In this document: piece after piece, positions 1 to 7,081 of the stretch
Position numbering within the stretch: the stretch's first letter is position 1
Layout: the number at the start of each line of letters is the position of its first letter
IMG/VR virus record: IMGVR_UViG_2690315922_000011
From: a virus
Lineage: Duplodnaviria; Heunggongvirae; Uroviricota; Caudoviricetes
Reading direction: 5' to 3' (one strand)
Length of the DNA stretch: 8,388 nucleotides
Program-made: the position numbers and the translations under genes
Notes under the pieces: generated by a model
Told to the model about the DNA's origin: nothing
The model's input: only the letters and a program-made list of their open reading frames with translations
Database searches by the model: none

Positions 1-290
<290 letters not shown>

Positions 291-300
291 TCAAACATTA

Positions 301-2364
301 TTATTCCTCTGGGTAAGCTGAGCTAATCAGAGTGTCTTCTTGCATTCGATTAATGTGAGATGTAGTCCTTTCATCAATAATCTTTCCATCAAGAATTGTC
401 TGGGTAGTGACATTAATTGTCTGAGGCTTAATACTTACTGATGGTTTAATAACCTTTAAATCTTGAGTAAATGTTTCCACTCGACCTTTCAGATTATTTA
501 ATGACTCAGGTGAAAGCTGTGGAACATCTTTTGATTTACCCTGAACCATAGCCCATAAAACAGCGGCTAAAGAGTTCATGTCACCAGTTAATGCCTGGTC
601 TGTGGGTTCCACCTTTGCCCGTACAATTTTATCCATTGGATTATCGGACTTACTCATCTGACGTTCATAGAACGGTTTGACAATGGCATTAATCACATCA
701 GTTGCCATACCGACAATCATTACTTTGGTAATTGCATCAGCTACAGATAATTTCCCTTTACCACCTTCAACACTACCAGAGCGTGAATTAATTCTCCCTG
801 CTGCTGTATTCGCTACATTTCCAAGCGTGGAAATAGCCCTGATTAAGTTCCAGATACCACCTACAGCACCAATACCAGACCTCACAGCAACAATTCCAGC
901 AAGTCCCTTTAATGCACTTAACAGGCCATTTGCAATACCATCAGCCACAGTTTTTTGAGTGTCATTTAATTCTCTGTAAGCAAGGGTCACTCTGTCAAAG
1001 AATCCCTGCACTCGGTAGCTAATCGTGGTTAAATCATCAATACCGTTTGACATGCTTTTCATCAAGTCGCCAAAATGTTCACCAAGATTTTTAGATTGAC
1101 CACCCAGTGAATTAAGTAAATTAGTCAGTGACCTTGTAAAGTCTGTTAATCCTTCCTGTGAACCATCGAACATTAAGGCCAGATTATTATTCCATTCATT
1201 AGAAAGGCGACCTAACTGTGTCTGAGTAGAGTTAATAATCTTTTCCCATCCTCCCGCTTTATCAATCATCTTTCCCATTTCAGCGGATACTTTAGGGAGA
1301 ACATCTTTAGAAAGAACCTTACCGTCTTTCATAGCCTTGTCTAATTCTTCCGTAGTCATCCCAAGACTTCTGGCAAATAACTGAAAAGCACCTGCCATTC
1401 TGTCACCTAACTGACCGCGTAATTCTTCAGCCTGAATCTTTCCTTTAGATGCCATCTGCTCGAAAGCTTTTAAAATCCCGTTAATTTCATCGGTGCTTAG
1501 CCCCATTAATCTGGATGTGCCAATCACGTTGGAAAATAAGGATTCTTTCTGGCTTGTATCCATGTTACCAGCGCCAGCGGAAAACTTAGCGTAGCTTGAT
1601 AATGTTTCAATCTGGTCTACACCTGTTTTGCCAGCAAGACTCTTAACGAATTCTGTAGCTCGTTTAGCACCTTCATCACCTAAAACAAATTGTGCCGCTC
1701 GTTGTGATGCTTCTTTTTTCAAACCAATCTCCATCACCTTTCTGTAGGCTTCAAGGGCTGTTTGAAAACTATAAATGGCTGTACCTGCTTTAATTGCACT
1801 CGTGGCTAATACATCCAGACTATTTGAAGCATTTTCACTGTGATTACTTTTGCTGGTGGATGTGTGACCTCTGGACTTAATAAGAGCTTCACGTAGATTT
1901 TGATTTAACTTTGCCAGTTCACGATTAAAAGCTTCGTTTCCAAGTGTCTTAGCTTTGGAGCTCAGATTGTAATACTGCGCCTTGAACATTTTGGCTAACA
2001 GAGGGTCAATGCTATTTAGCTTGCTCATGTTCGAGCTATGCGCGGCTGTGATAGCTCTGTTGCCGCTAATTCGTGGTTGTCTAAGTGGCTTTAAAGTATC
2101 CTCAATTTCCGTTTTAATCTTAAACGCTTTAGTATTTTTAAGACGCTGCTCAATCTTGGAAATGGTTTTATCGACATTCTTTTCCATTACCTTGAGAGAG
2201 TCATTTAAAGGCGCAGGATTAACTTTAAAAGCTTTATTCAGTCGTTTCTCAATTCTTGATGCGATTTGCATCGTTTGTTTCTCGACTTTTTCCAGACCTT
2301 TTAAAACCTTCTGAGAGTTAAAACTTAACTCAATCAGAAAATCATCGACTTTAAATTGTGCCAT
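301..2364 (-). CDS. Phage tail tape-measure protein (tail length determinant)
   Basis: 687-aa ORF. K/E-rich coiled-coil-like N-terminus; segment LSTDEINGILKAFEQMASKGKIQAEELRGQLGDRMAGAFQLFARSLGMTTEEL resembles the conserved tape-measure core as I recall it; Gly/Ala-rich hydrophobic segment GLLSALKGLAGIVAVRSGIGAVGGIWNLIRAISTLG typical of these proteins. SD AGAGGTGA about 11 nt upstream of ATG 2364-2362. A downstream tail gene follows. Confidence 0.8.
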   Translation of the reverse strand: MAQFKVDDFLIELSFNSQKVLKGLEKVEKQTMQIASRIEKRLNKAFKVNPAPLNDSLKVMEKNVDKTISKIEQRLKNTKAFKIKTEIEDTLKPLRQPRISGNRAITAAHSSNMSKLNSIDPLLAKMFKAQYYNLSSKAKTLGNEAFNRELAKLNQNLREALIKSRGHTSTSKSNHSENASNSLDVLATSAIKAGTAIYSFQTALEAYRKVMEIGLKKEASQRAAQFVLGDEGAKRATEFVKSLAGKTGVDQIETLSSYAKFSAGAGNMDTSQKESLFSNVIGTSRLMGLSTDEINGILKAFEQMASKGKIQAEELRGQLGDRMAGAFQLFARSLGMTTEELDKAMKDGKVLSKDVLPKVSAEMGKMIDKAGGWEKIINSTQTQLGRLSNEWNNNLALMFDGSQEGLTDFTRSLTNLLNSLGGQSKNLGEHFGDLMKSMSNGIDDLTTISYRVQGFFDRVTLAYRELNDTQKTVADGIANGLLSALKGLAGIVAVRSGIGAVGGIWNLIRAISTLGNVANTAAGRINSRSGSVEGGKGKLSVADAITKVMIVGMATDVINAIVKPFYERQMSKSDNPMDKIVRAKVEPTDQALTGDMNSLAAVLWAMVQGKSKDVPQLSPESLNNLKGRVETFTQDLKVIKPSVSIKPQTINVTTQTILDGKIIDERTTSHINRMQEDTLISSAYPEE

Positions 2365-2430
2365 TCATAATTTTTCACCTCTTTAAGCGTGTTGTACGTG
2401 AATTCTATTTTTCAGTGTGGGTATTAACGT

Positions 2431-2479
2431 AGAAATAAAAAAGGGAGGACCAGCCAATAAATCAAGGCTAATCTCTCCC
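2431..2479 (-). terminator. Putative rho-independent terminator after the 72-aa gene
   Basis: On the minus strand: GGGAG..AGCC / GGCT..CTCCC interrupted stem (plus-strand 2443-2479, loop 2456-2465) followed by UUUUUUAUUUCU (complement of 2431-2442). Begins 7 nt after the stop codon at 2486-2488. Confidence 0.5.
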
Positions 2480-2485
2480 TGTGTA

Positions 2486-2704
2486 TCAATGTCTGACAAG
2501 ATAATGTAATTTCGTTTCACCTATGATTTGAGCATCAGAAGGAACACGGTCAATACACCACTTTGGAATCTTGCGTGTTTTTGATTTGCGTGAGGTGATA
2601 ATTTTATGATTACGCTCAACCCTCAATCTTGATTTATTGGGTTGTAGCTGGAGTCGTTCACAAACAGACCGAATAGTCTCTAAGCGTTCGTTCAAATCAA
2701 GCAT
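2486..2704 (-). CDS. Hypothetical small basic protein (72 aa), co-transcribed with the upstream 240-aa gene
   Basis: ORF MLDLNERLETIRSVCERLQLQPNKSRLRVERNHKIITSRKSKTRKIPKWCIDRVPSDAQIIGETKLHYLVRH, very R/K-rich. SD AAAGAGGTGA 4 nt before the ATG; the start lies 23 nt after the stop of the 240-aa gene; own terminator downstream. No family recognised. Confidence 0.6.
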   Translation of the reverse strand: MLDLNERLETIRSVCERLQLQPNKSRLRVERNHKIITSRKSKTRKIPKWCIDRVPSDAQIIGETKLHYLVRH

Positions 2705-2727
2705 TAATCACCTCTTTTAATTCATAA

Positions 2728-3447
2728 TTAAATAGCCTTTGCGTACTTGCTAGAAATCTTAATAAGCTGCTCAATGTCACCTTGCAAGGCAACCTTTTTC
2801 TGTGCCTCGTATTCGACTATCAAAGATTTCATTACATTAAATTCGTTTTTCAAATCCTGTTTTAACCTGTCCAACTTGTCAGCGTGACGCTTAAGCAAAT
2901 TATTTTCAGCCAGTTTAAAAATCTCTTCGTCGCTTTTGTCGCTTGTCAAAATGAATTGCCCTGAGCCTAATGTTGCAGGCTTCACATCAATTAAACGATG
3001 CCCCTCGGGAATATTTCGAATAACCTCCGAAACAAGTTCTCGTGGAGTACCATAACCACCGTTGTGATTTCCCTCGTAATAGACAAATGGGTTTGCTGCA
3101 ATTTCGTAAGCAACAACATGCTCGGATAGTTCCCCTGCATCTTTCATCTGAACTAATTTGTCGTAAGCGCTATCTAATCTAATTCGCTGCTCTTTAAGGA
3201 CTGGATAAAATCGTTTTTCAAGCTCAAGCAGCGCTTCACTTTTGCACAAATCCGGCATTTCCTGAGGAGCTTCAGGAGTCACATAGATAGTCATTTTCGG
3301 CAAAGATTTGAATTCCTTTTCGCGCTCAATTAATTTATCAAAAAATCTGCGTTGCTCTGACACTCCCGGATGCTGTGTGATAATTCCTGTGTCCCAATCA
3401 CCAAAACTATCAATTTTGCGACCATTCACAAAAATAGGATTTTCCAT
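2728..3447 (-). CDS. Hypothetical protein (240 aa) with C-terminal coiled-coil-like region; function unknown
   Basis: The ORF track extends this frame to 3564, but the ATG at 3447-3445 (MENPIFVNGRK...) has a strong SD (GAGGTG, 6-nt spacer), whereas the upstream ATG has none and its extension overlaps a terminator-like hairpin. C-terminal ~60 residues are heptad-like and K/E/L-rich (KLDRLKQDLKNEFNVMKSLIVEYEAQKKVALQGDIEQLIK). No known family recognised by eye. Confidence 0.6.
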   Translation of the reverse strand: MENPIFVNGRKIDSFGDWDTGIITQHPGVSEQRRFFDKLIEREKEFKSLPKMTIYVTPEAPQEMPDLCKSEALLELEKRFYPVLKEQRIRLDSAYDKLVQMKDAGELSEHVVAYEIAANPFVYYEGNHNGGYGTPRELVSEVIRNIPEGHRLIDVKPATLGSGQFILTSDKSDEEIFKLAENNLLKRHADKLDRLKQDLKNEFNVMKSLIVEYEAQKKVALQGDIEQLIKISSKYAKAI

Positions 3448-3548
3448 TATTTTCACCTCACATTTGTTCTGAATAAGTTTTTTTAAAGCACCCTCAGCAT
3501 GGCACGAGGTGAATTTTATTTGGGGCAGGTTTTTTGCCAAAGGTGCTT

Positions 3549-3574
3549 TAAAAAATGCCCTCATTCAAGAGGGC
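3549..3574 (-). terminator. Intrinsic-terminator-like hairpin inside the 5' leader of the 240-aa gene (possible attenuator)
   Basis: Minus strand reads GCCCUC-uugaau-GAGGGC (plus-strand 3557-3574) followed by AUUUUUUA (complement of 3549-3556). About 100 nt upstream of the start codon and downstream of the candidate promoter at 3740-3767. Confidence 0.4.
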
Positions 3575-3624
3575 GAAGTGAAGGAAAAGAAAGAATTATG
3601 AACTACTGAACAAATACTTTTGAA

Positions 3625-3652
3625 AAGGTCTTTCCGATTTAAAAAAGACCTT
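3625..3652 (-). other. Perfect 9-bp-stem hairpin in the same leader (RNA structure or weak terminator)
   Basis: AAGGTCTTT (3625-3633) and AAAGACCTT (3644-3652) are exact reverse complements around a 10-nt loop. On the minus strand it is followed by UUCAAAAGUAUUUGUU, only moderately U-rich. Confidence 0.4.
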
Positions 3653-3739
3653 GGCGAAAGCATTGCACTTCCATCTAGAATGTAGGAAATTAAGACAATT
3701 AAGTTAATTTAATTTAGGGAAATTACTCCCCATATAAAA

Positions 3740-3767
3740 ATGCTACCATAGAATTACCACCTGTCAA
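3740..3767 (-). promoter_or_regulatory. Candidate sigma70 promoter for the 240-aa/72-aa cassette
   Basis: Minus strand reads TTGACA (complement of 3762-3767), 16-bp spacer, then TGgTAGCAT (complement of 3740-3748), an extended -10-like element. This places the transcription start about 285 nt upstream of the ATG at 3447. Promoter calls by eye are tentative. Confidence 0.4.
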
Positions 3768-3852
3768 CAAAAATATAACAACCCGTGTTATTTTTCCATT
3801 GAAATTGCAAAGGAAAGTACTATTCCAAGCAACACCCACAAGATAATTAGCG

Positions 3853-4146
3853 TCATTCGTTTACTCCCAGAAATTGCAATGTAACAGCAGTCTTAATCAG
3901 CCTCTCCGGGCTAACGCTGAACTTGTTGGTTTCCGTGGTAATAAATCGCTTTAGGTTCACATCATCAACATTTAAAATCAATCGTGACTCATCAATTTCA
4001 ATGGTTTGAATAAAATCTTTAAAATTCTTGTTATCCATAACGTCACGCATCCTATCAAGATTAATTGCACTTGCAGCACCGTCCAGAGATTGCATCATTG
4101 CAGCGGTCATCTCATCAATCATAATTTGCATTGGGGAAGTGTTCAT
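3853..4146 (-). CDS. Hypothetical protein (97 aa)
   Basis: ORF MNTSPMQIMIDEMTAAMMQSLDGAASAINLDRMRDVMDNKNFKDFIQTIEIDESRLILNVDDVNLKRFITTETNKFSVSPERLIKTAVTLQFLGVNE with SD AGAGGA 8 nt before the ATG. No motif recognised. Confidence 0.55.
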   Translation of the reverse strand: MNTSPMQIMIDEMTAAMMQSLDGAASAINLDRMRDVMDNKNFKDFIQTIEIDESRLILNVDDVNLKRFITTETNKFSVSPERLIKTAVTLQFLGVNE

Positions 4147-4214
4147 TTTAAAAATCCTCTATGAAATAGTTTCTATCGAATAAAACACATCTTAAATCTG
4201 CCAAAATAGCCATT

Positions 4215-4283
4215 CTGAGGCCAGTAACCATGCGGGTTACAGAGGGAGTGAGACACCTTAGCAATAGGGTGGCTTACCTTTGA
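4215..4283. other. Two adjacent inverted repeats in the 158-bp intergenic region (candidate RNA structure or protein-binding site)
   Basis: GTAACC-atgcg-GGTTAC (4215-4231), then GAGTGAGAC (4237-4245) and GTCTCACTC (4275-4283), exact reverse complements around a 29-nt loop. The GTCTCA/TGAGAC core recurs in the repeats upstream of the recombinase. Confidence 0.4.
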
Positions 4284-4304
4284 GTCTCACTCGTTATCAC
4301 AGAC

Positions 4305-4691
4305 TTAAATAGATGCTCTAAGCTTGTAGTATTGACTACGTGATAAACCGTATTTTGCAGAAACATAACTTTGTGATTGACCTCTGGAAATGGCATCAAG
4401 AATTAACTCCCTGTCATACCGATTACCATTGGCTTTGTGTTTGTCACCAGAATTATTTCCATTAAAATTTTCAATTAATTTAACGGCGTCTTTAAGGTCA
4501 TCTTCGTAAGCATAATCAAAACCCCTGATAAACTCGAAGTCACCATTATCTTTTTGTGCTTCAATCCAGATGTCGAATCTTGAGGCTAATTGCTGGTGAG
4601 TGAACTTGGGTTTATTGGTTTGTGTTATGTCTTTCCAGGCCTGACCGTCAAATCTCACCAGATGGTCACGATGTTTATAAAAATCATACAT
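4305..4691 (-). CDS. HTH-domain protein (128 aa), putative transcriptional regulator
   Basis: C-terminal segment RELILDAISRGQSQSYVSAKYGLSRSQYYKL has a helix-turn-helix pattern like sigma-70 region 4 or resolvase-type HTH. Its ATG overlaps the stop of the upstream gene (TAATG at 4689-4693), indicating translational coupling. Confidence 0.6.
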   Translation of the reverse strand: MYDFYKHRDHLVRFDGQAWKDITQTNKPKFTHQQLASRFDIWIEAQKDNGDFEFIRGFDYAYEDDLKDAVKLIENFNGNNSGDKHKANGNRYDRELILDAISRGQSQSYVSAKYGLSRSQYYKLRASI

Positions 4692-4984
4692 TAAACCCCC
4701 AGCTTATCCGCCAGTTGATGAATCTTAATGCTCAACACCTGAATCATTGAGCAACCTGTTACCGCAGACTGTGCTTTGAGTAGTTCCAGTTGGTCTGACG
4801 TGATTCGAACGGCTTTAGAACCCTCTACAACGCCCTTGATATTATCGAAAGGGGTGAGGTCTGTTGACTCTTTTAAAACCTCTCCAATAAGCGCTGAATG
4901 CTTCACGTTTGGGTATTTGTGCTTGATGGATGCCAGTCTTTTAAACGCCTCTGGCAAAATGCGTGTAACTGTGTGTTTAGACAT
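4691..4984 (-). CDS. Putative tandem ribbon-helix-helix DNA-binding protein (97 aa), likely repressor-type regulator
   Basis: Two consecutive beta-strand/helix/turn/helix patterns: TVTRILPEAFKRLASIKHKYPNVKHSALIGEVLKE and KAVRITSDQLELLKAQSAVTGCSMIQVLSIKIHQLADKL, each resembling an Arc/CopG-type fold. SD GGAG 10 nt before the ATG. Fold assignment is by pattern only. Confidence 0.55.
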   Translation of the reverse strand: MSKHTVTRILPEAFKRLASIKHKYPNVKHSALIGEVLKESTDLTPFDNIKGVVEGSKAVRITSDQLELLKAQSAVTGCSMIQVLSIKIHQLADKLGV

Positions 4985-5246
4985 TATTTAAAGTCTCCTA
5001 AATTACTTGTGTGTTAAAATAAATTATGGGCTGATACAAACCGTTCCTTTTTTATTAATGGAATGGAATTAATGCATGATTTTTTCACAGCGATTATTGA
5101 ATCCCATCGCTTTAGCTCGTTGGGCTTTGCGGTATTTGTTCTCCTGTTATTGTTTACCCTGATTAATCGGGTTATTTCAAAGGAAACAAAGTTAATGATT
5201 CGTATTAAGTTTCTTCGCGTTGAAATAGAGATTTCAATCAATCGCT

Positions 5247-5284
5247 AATAAATCAATTAAAGCTGGTGGAGTTTATTCACCAGC
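5247..5284 (-). terminator. Putative intrinsic terminator overlapping the 3' end of the replication gene
   Basis: GCTGGTG (5262-5268) and CACCAGC (5278-5284) are exact reverse complements around a 9-nt loop that contains the stop codon. On the minus strand the stem is followed by UUUAAUUGAUUUAUU. Confidence 0.4.
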
Positions 5285-6059
5285 CGTAATCATCTTCGAA
5301 ATCCGGTAACTCATCATCGTCACCATCACATAAATCATCATCTTCATCCGGGTCCGGTAATGGTTCATCATCGTCATCGATGGTGGGGCACGGTGTATTT
5401 TTCTGGTCACTAATAACAATCACATCAGAGTTTTTATTTCTTTGTTTATTAGCCTCTTCAGAGCTTGCTTCAAGGTCATCTAAAACAGTTTGTTTAATAG
5501 TCTCTTTAATTCCAAGAGAATCACATTCATGTGAATCACAGAGCGAAGCTCCATTCTTAACAGTCCCTTCTTCAAAGTCATCTTTCCTATTGTTATTAAT
5601 AAGTTCTTTTTGTTCTTTCTTGTTATTATACGTGTCAAGAATTTTGACTGACTGAGTAAAGAATTTTGACTCAGTGGGTAAAGAATTTTGACTCAGTGGG
5701 TCATCTTTTTTGACTGCTTTAGATTCCAGCTTTGCTTTTCGTGCTTCTTTGGCTGTAGGTTCAGTTAAAACCTCAGGAACTTCATCAAGCGAAAAGACTT
5801 CAATAATACACTGGTTGCTCGCAACGTTAGTTTTCCTAATTAAACCATACGCCTCAAGTCTTTTCATACATGCAATAACTGATGTTCTTGTGATTCCTGC
5901 ATACTGACCAAGATGAGCATAAGACGGTGTATAGTATTGACCTTTATCGTGATAGTATTTTTGCTCATTCAGCATGACGGTGTAGATAATACGGTCAGCC
6001 GCTTTAATTTTATTACTCATCTGATAAATACGGTCATCAAACATGTGAAACTTTTCCAT
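5277..6059 (-). CDS. Replication initiator, lambda O-like N-terminal winged-helix domain, with poly-acidic C-terminal tail
   Basis: 260-aa ORF with SD GAGGT 9 nt before the ATG. N-terminal region DRIIYTVMLNEQKYYHDKGQYYTPSYAHLGQYAGITRTSVIACMKRLEAYGLIRK matches the phage O N-terminal pattern (..LaelTGlsrrtv..al..Le..GlI) as I recall it. Tandem iteron-like repeats and an AT-rich tract lie inside the gene, as the lambda origin does within O. C-terminus DDDDEPLPDPDEDDDLCDGDDDELPDFEDDYGW. Confidence 0.65.
   Translation of the reverse strand: MEKFHMFDDRIYQMSNKIKAADRIIYTVMLNEQKYYHDKGQYYTPSYAHLGQYAGITRTSVIACMKRLEAYGLIRKTNVASNQCIIEVFSLDEVPEVLTEPTAKEARKAKLESKAVKKDDPLSQNSLPTESKFFTQSVKILDTYNNKKEQKELINNNRKDDFEEGTVKNGASLCDSHECDSLGIKETIKQTVLDDLEASSEEANKQRNKNSDVIVISDQKNTPCPTIDDDDEPLPDPDEDDDLCDGDDDELPDFEDDYGW
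5581..5721. repeat. Putative origin of replication: four tandem 22-bp iteron-like repeats plus adjacent AT-rich tract, inside the O-like gene
   Basis: Units at 5634-5655, 5656-5677, 5678-5699 and 5700-5721; the central two are identical (GTAAAGAATTTTGACTCAGTGG), the outer two diverged, all sharing TTTTGACT. Flanked at 5581-5633 by a roughly 75% A+T tract. Confidence 0.6.
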
Positions 6060-6291
6060 TCATAAATTACCTCATACGTGAAAAGGCCAACCGGATAAAA
6101 CCGATTAGCCTGATGTGATTTAAATATCTGGGGGATTGATGGACTGATAAAGAAGCCCATGCCTGAAACAGTACGATGATTAAAACGCTGAGGTATACCC
6201 TGAATGAGAGGTTTTATATACGTCAATCATCTGACACCTCCCCAAGTGTTACCACTCCAAGACATGAACTTTTTTATCAGCCCATATAAAA

Positions 6292-6320
6292 ACTATACCA
6301 CACGTGATTATTAGTTGCAA
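6292..6320 (-). promoter_or_regulatory. Candidate sigma70 promoter directed toward the replication gene
   Basis: Minus strand reads TTGCAA (6315-6320), 17-bp spacer, then TGgTATAGT (complement of 6292-6300), an extended -10-like element. A strong SD-like GGGGAGGTG follows about 50 nt downstream (complement of about 6232-6241). Confidence 0.4.
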
Positions 6321-6393
6321 CAACTATTTCACTAAATTATTACCGTTTGATTACTTATTGTTCACCTCATAAATACCGGGATTTATTGGAAAA

Positions 6394-6540
6394 TCAGCCT
6401 AATCTTTCAGCAATTCTGTACGAGGTACTCAGGGGCATTCTGAGAGCCTCCGCAATGTACTTGATGGTTTTGCCCTCTGTTTCTGTTATCATCGGGCTTG
6501 CCTTATCAGGGCTTTGAAATGCCTCTGTAACTCCCCCCTC
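6394..6540 (-). pseudogene. Remnant of a serine-recombinase C-terminal HTH domain (truncated; N-terminal catalytic domain absent)
   Basis: Minus-strand frame reads ...FQSPDKASPMITETEGKTIKYIAEALRMPLSTSYRIAERLG-stop, with an in-frame stop upstream at 6541-6543. Compare the intact recombinase C-terminus GRPSKASPEAVQTLISQGKTRLQIQEELGISRATFYRLAK: shared KASP linker and STxYR-type HTH. Only 32 codons from the first ATG and no upstream start; it abuts hairpin repeat copy 1. Confidence 0.35.
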
Positions 6541-6541
6541 T

Positions 6542-6600
6542 TAACAGGAGAGAGGGTGATACATGAGACAAGAACCCTCCCTTCTTAAAAACCTTCTTGA
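6542..6600. repeat. Hairpin-containing direct repeat, copy 1 (~60 bp)
   Basis: Core GGAGAGAGGGTGATACATGAGACAAGAACCCTCC (6547-6580) matches copy 2 at 33 of 34 positions. Internal inverted repeat GAGGGT/ACCCTC (longer with mismatches) around a 16-nt loop that contains ATGAGAC. Flank similarity (ACC..CTTG..TCT) continues to about 6600. Confidence 0.6.
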
Positions 6601-6937
6601 CAATCTTTACAGACCTTGTTCAAGGTAATCACAATAGTTTTTCTTCCCTCGGCTTCCCGTGTTCCTCGGTTCGTTTATTGAGACCCTGAAAGACCCTGTA
6701 ACTCCTTCTTAACGGGAGAGAAAGAACATAGTGACCCCCAAGCGAAGCGCCCCTTTTAGTATGCTTTTTAATCACCATTTTAGCATTTAGTGCTTTTTAT
6801 TAAATTTAGCACTTTTTGCTAAAGACAAAACACTTGACAAATTGCTAAGATTGGACACATACCCCATCTTAACAGACTTTTAAGAGACTTTTAAACGGCC
6901 TGTTTAACCGGGTCACTATCCGGTTCTTCGTTCCCCC

Positions 6938-6951
6938 TCTATCTAGATAGA
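6938..6951. promoter_or_regulatory. 14-bp perfect palindrome TCTATCTAGATAGA (candidate operator or protein-binding site)
   Basis: The sequence equals its own reverse complement. Flanked by repeated CTGTTAAGA motifs (6953-6961, 6988-6996) and an AACCGG-n8-CCGGTT inverted repeat (6906-6925). Confidence 0.4.
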
Positions 6952-7081
6952 TACTGTTAAGATTTTTTAAGAAATCTCTTACGTCAACTGTTAAGATAAA
7001 CTTACCTTCCGTTAAAACAGTTCTGTCTAGCAATTTCATAATTGTCTGTCAAGTATCTTTGAAGGTACTATCAAGGGTCAC

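Noticed and set aside
677-2314. Plus-strand ORFs 677-958 (93 aa) and 1982-2314 (110 aa) from the track
   Set aside because: Both lie entirely antisense within the tape-measure gene, have low-complexity hydrophobic translations and no convincing SD; most likely shadow ORFs.
3448-3564. N-terminal extension of the 240-aa gene to the ATG at 3564, as in the ORF track
   Set aside because: The upstream ATG has no SD and the extension overlaps the terminator-like hairpin; the internal ATG at 3447 has a near-ideal SD and spacing.
5014-5241. Minus-strand 75-aa ORF in the intergenic region
   Set aside because: Would start on TTG with no SD, has an Ile/Arg/Asn-rich low-complexity translation, and overlaps the predicted terminator region; probably not a gene.
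6017-6226. Minus-strand 69-aa ORF overlapping the start of the replication gene
   Set aside because: Begins with TTG, overlaps the well-supported start of the O-like gene by 43 nt in another frame, and has an odd composition. A strong SD (GGGGAGGTG) does precede it, so a short leader peptide (for example the 16-codon ATG frame MIDVYKTSHSGYTSAF) cannot be excluded, but the 69-aa product is not credible.
6869-7039. Minus-strand 56-codon ORF (MKLLDRTVLTEGKFILTVDVRDF...) in the repeat-rich region
   Set aside because: No SD, rich in rare codons (TTA, AGA, AGG, ATA), and it runs across the 14-bp palindrome and CTGTTAAG motifs, which are more simply read as DNA-level sites.
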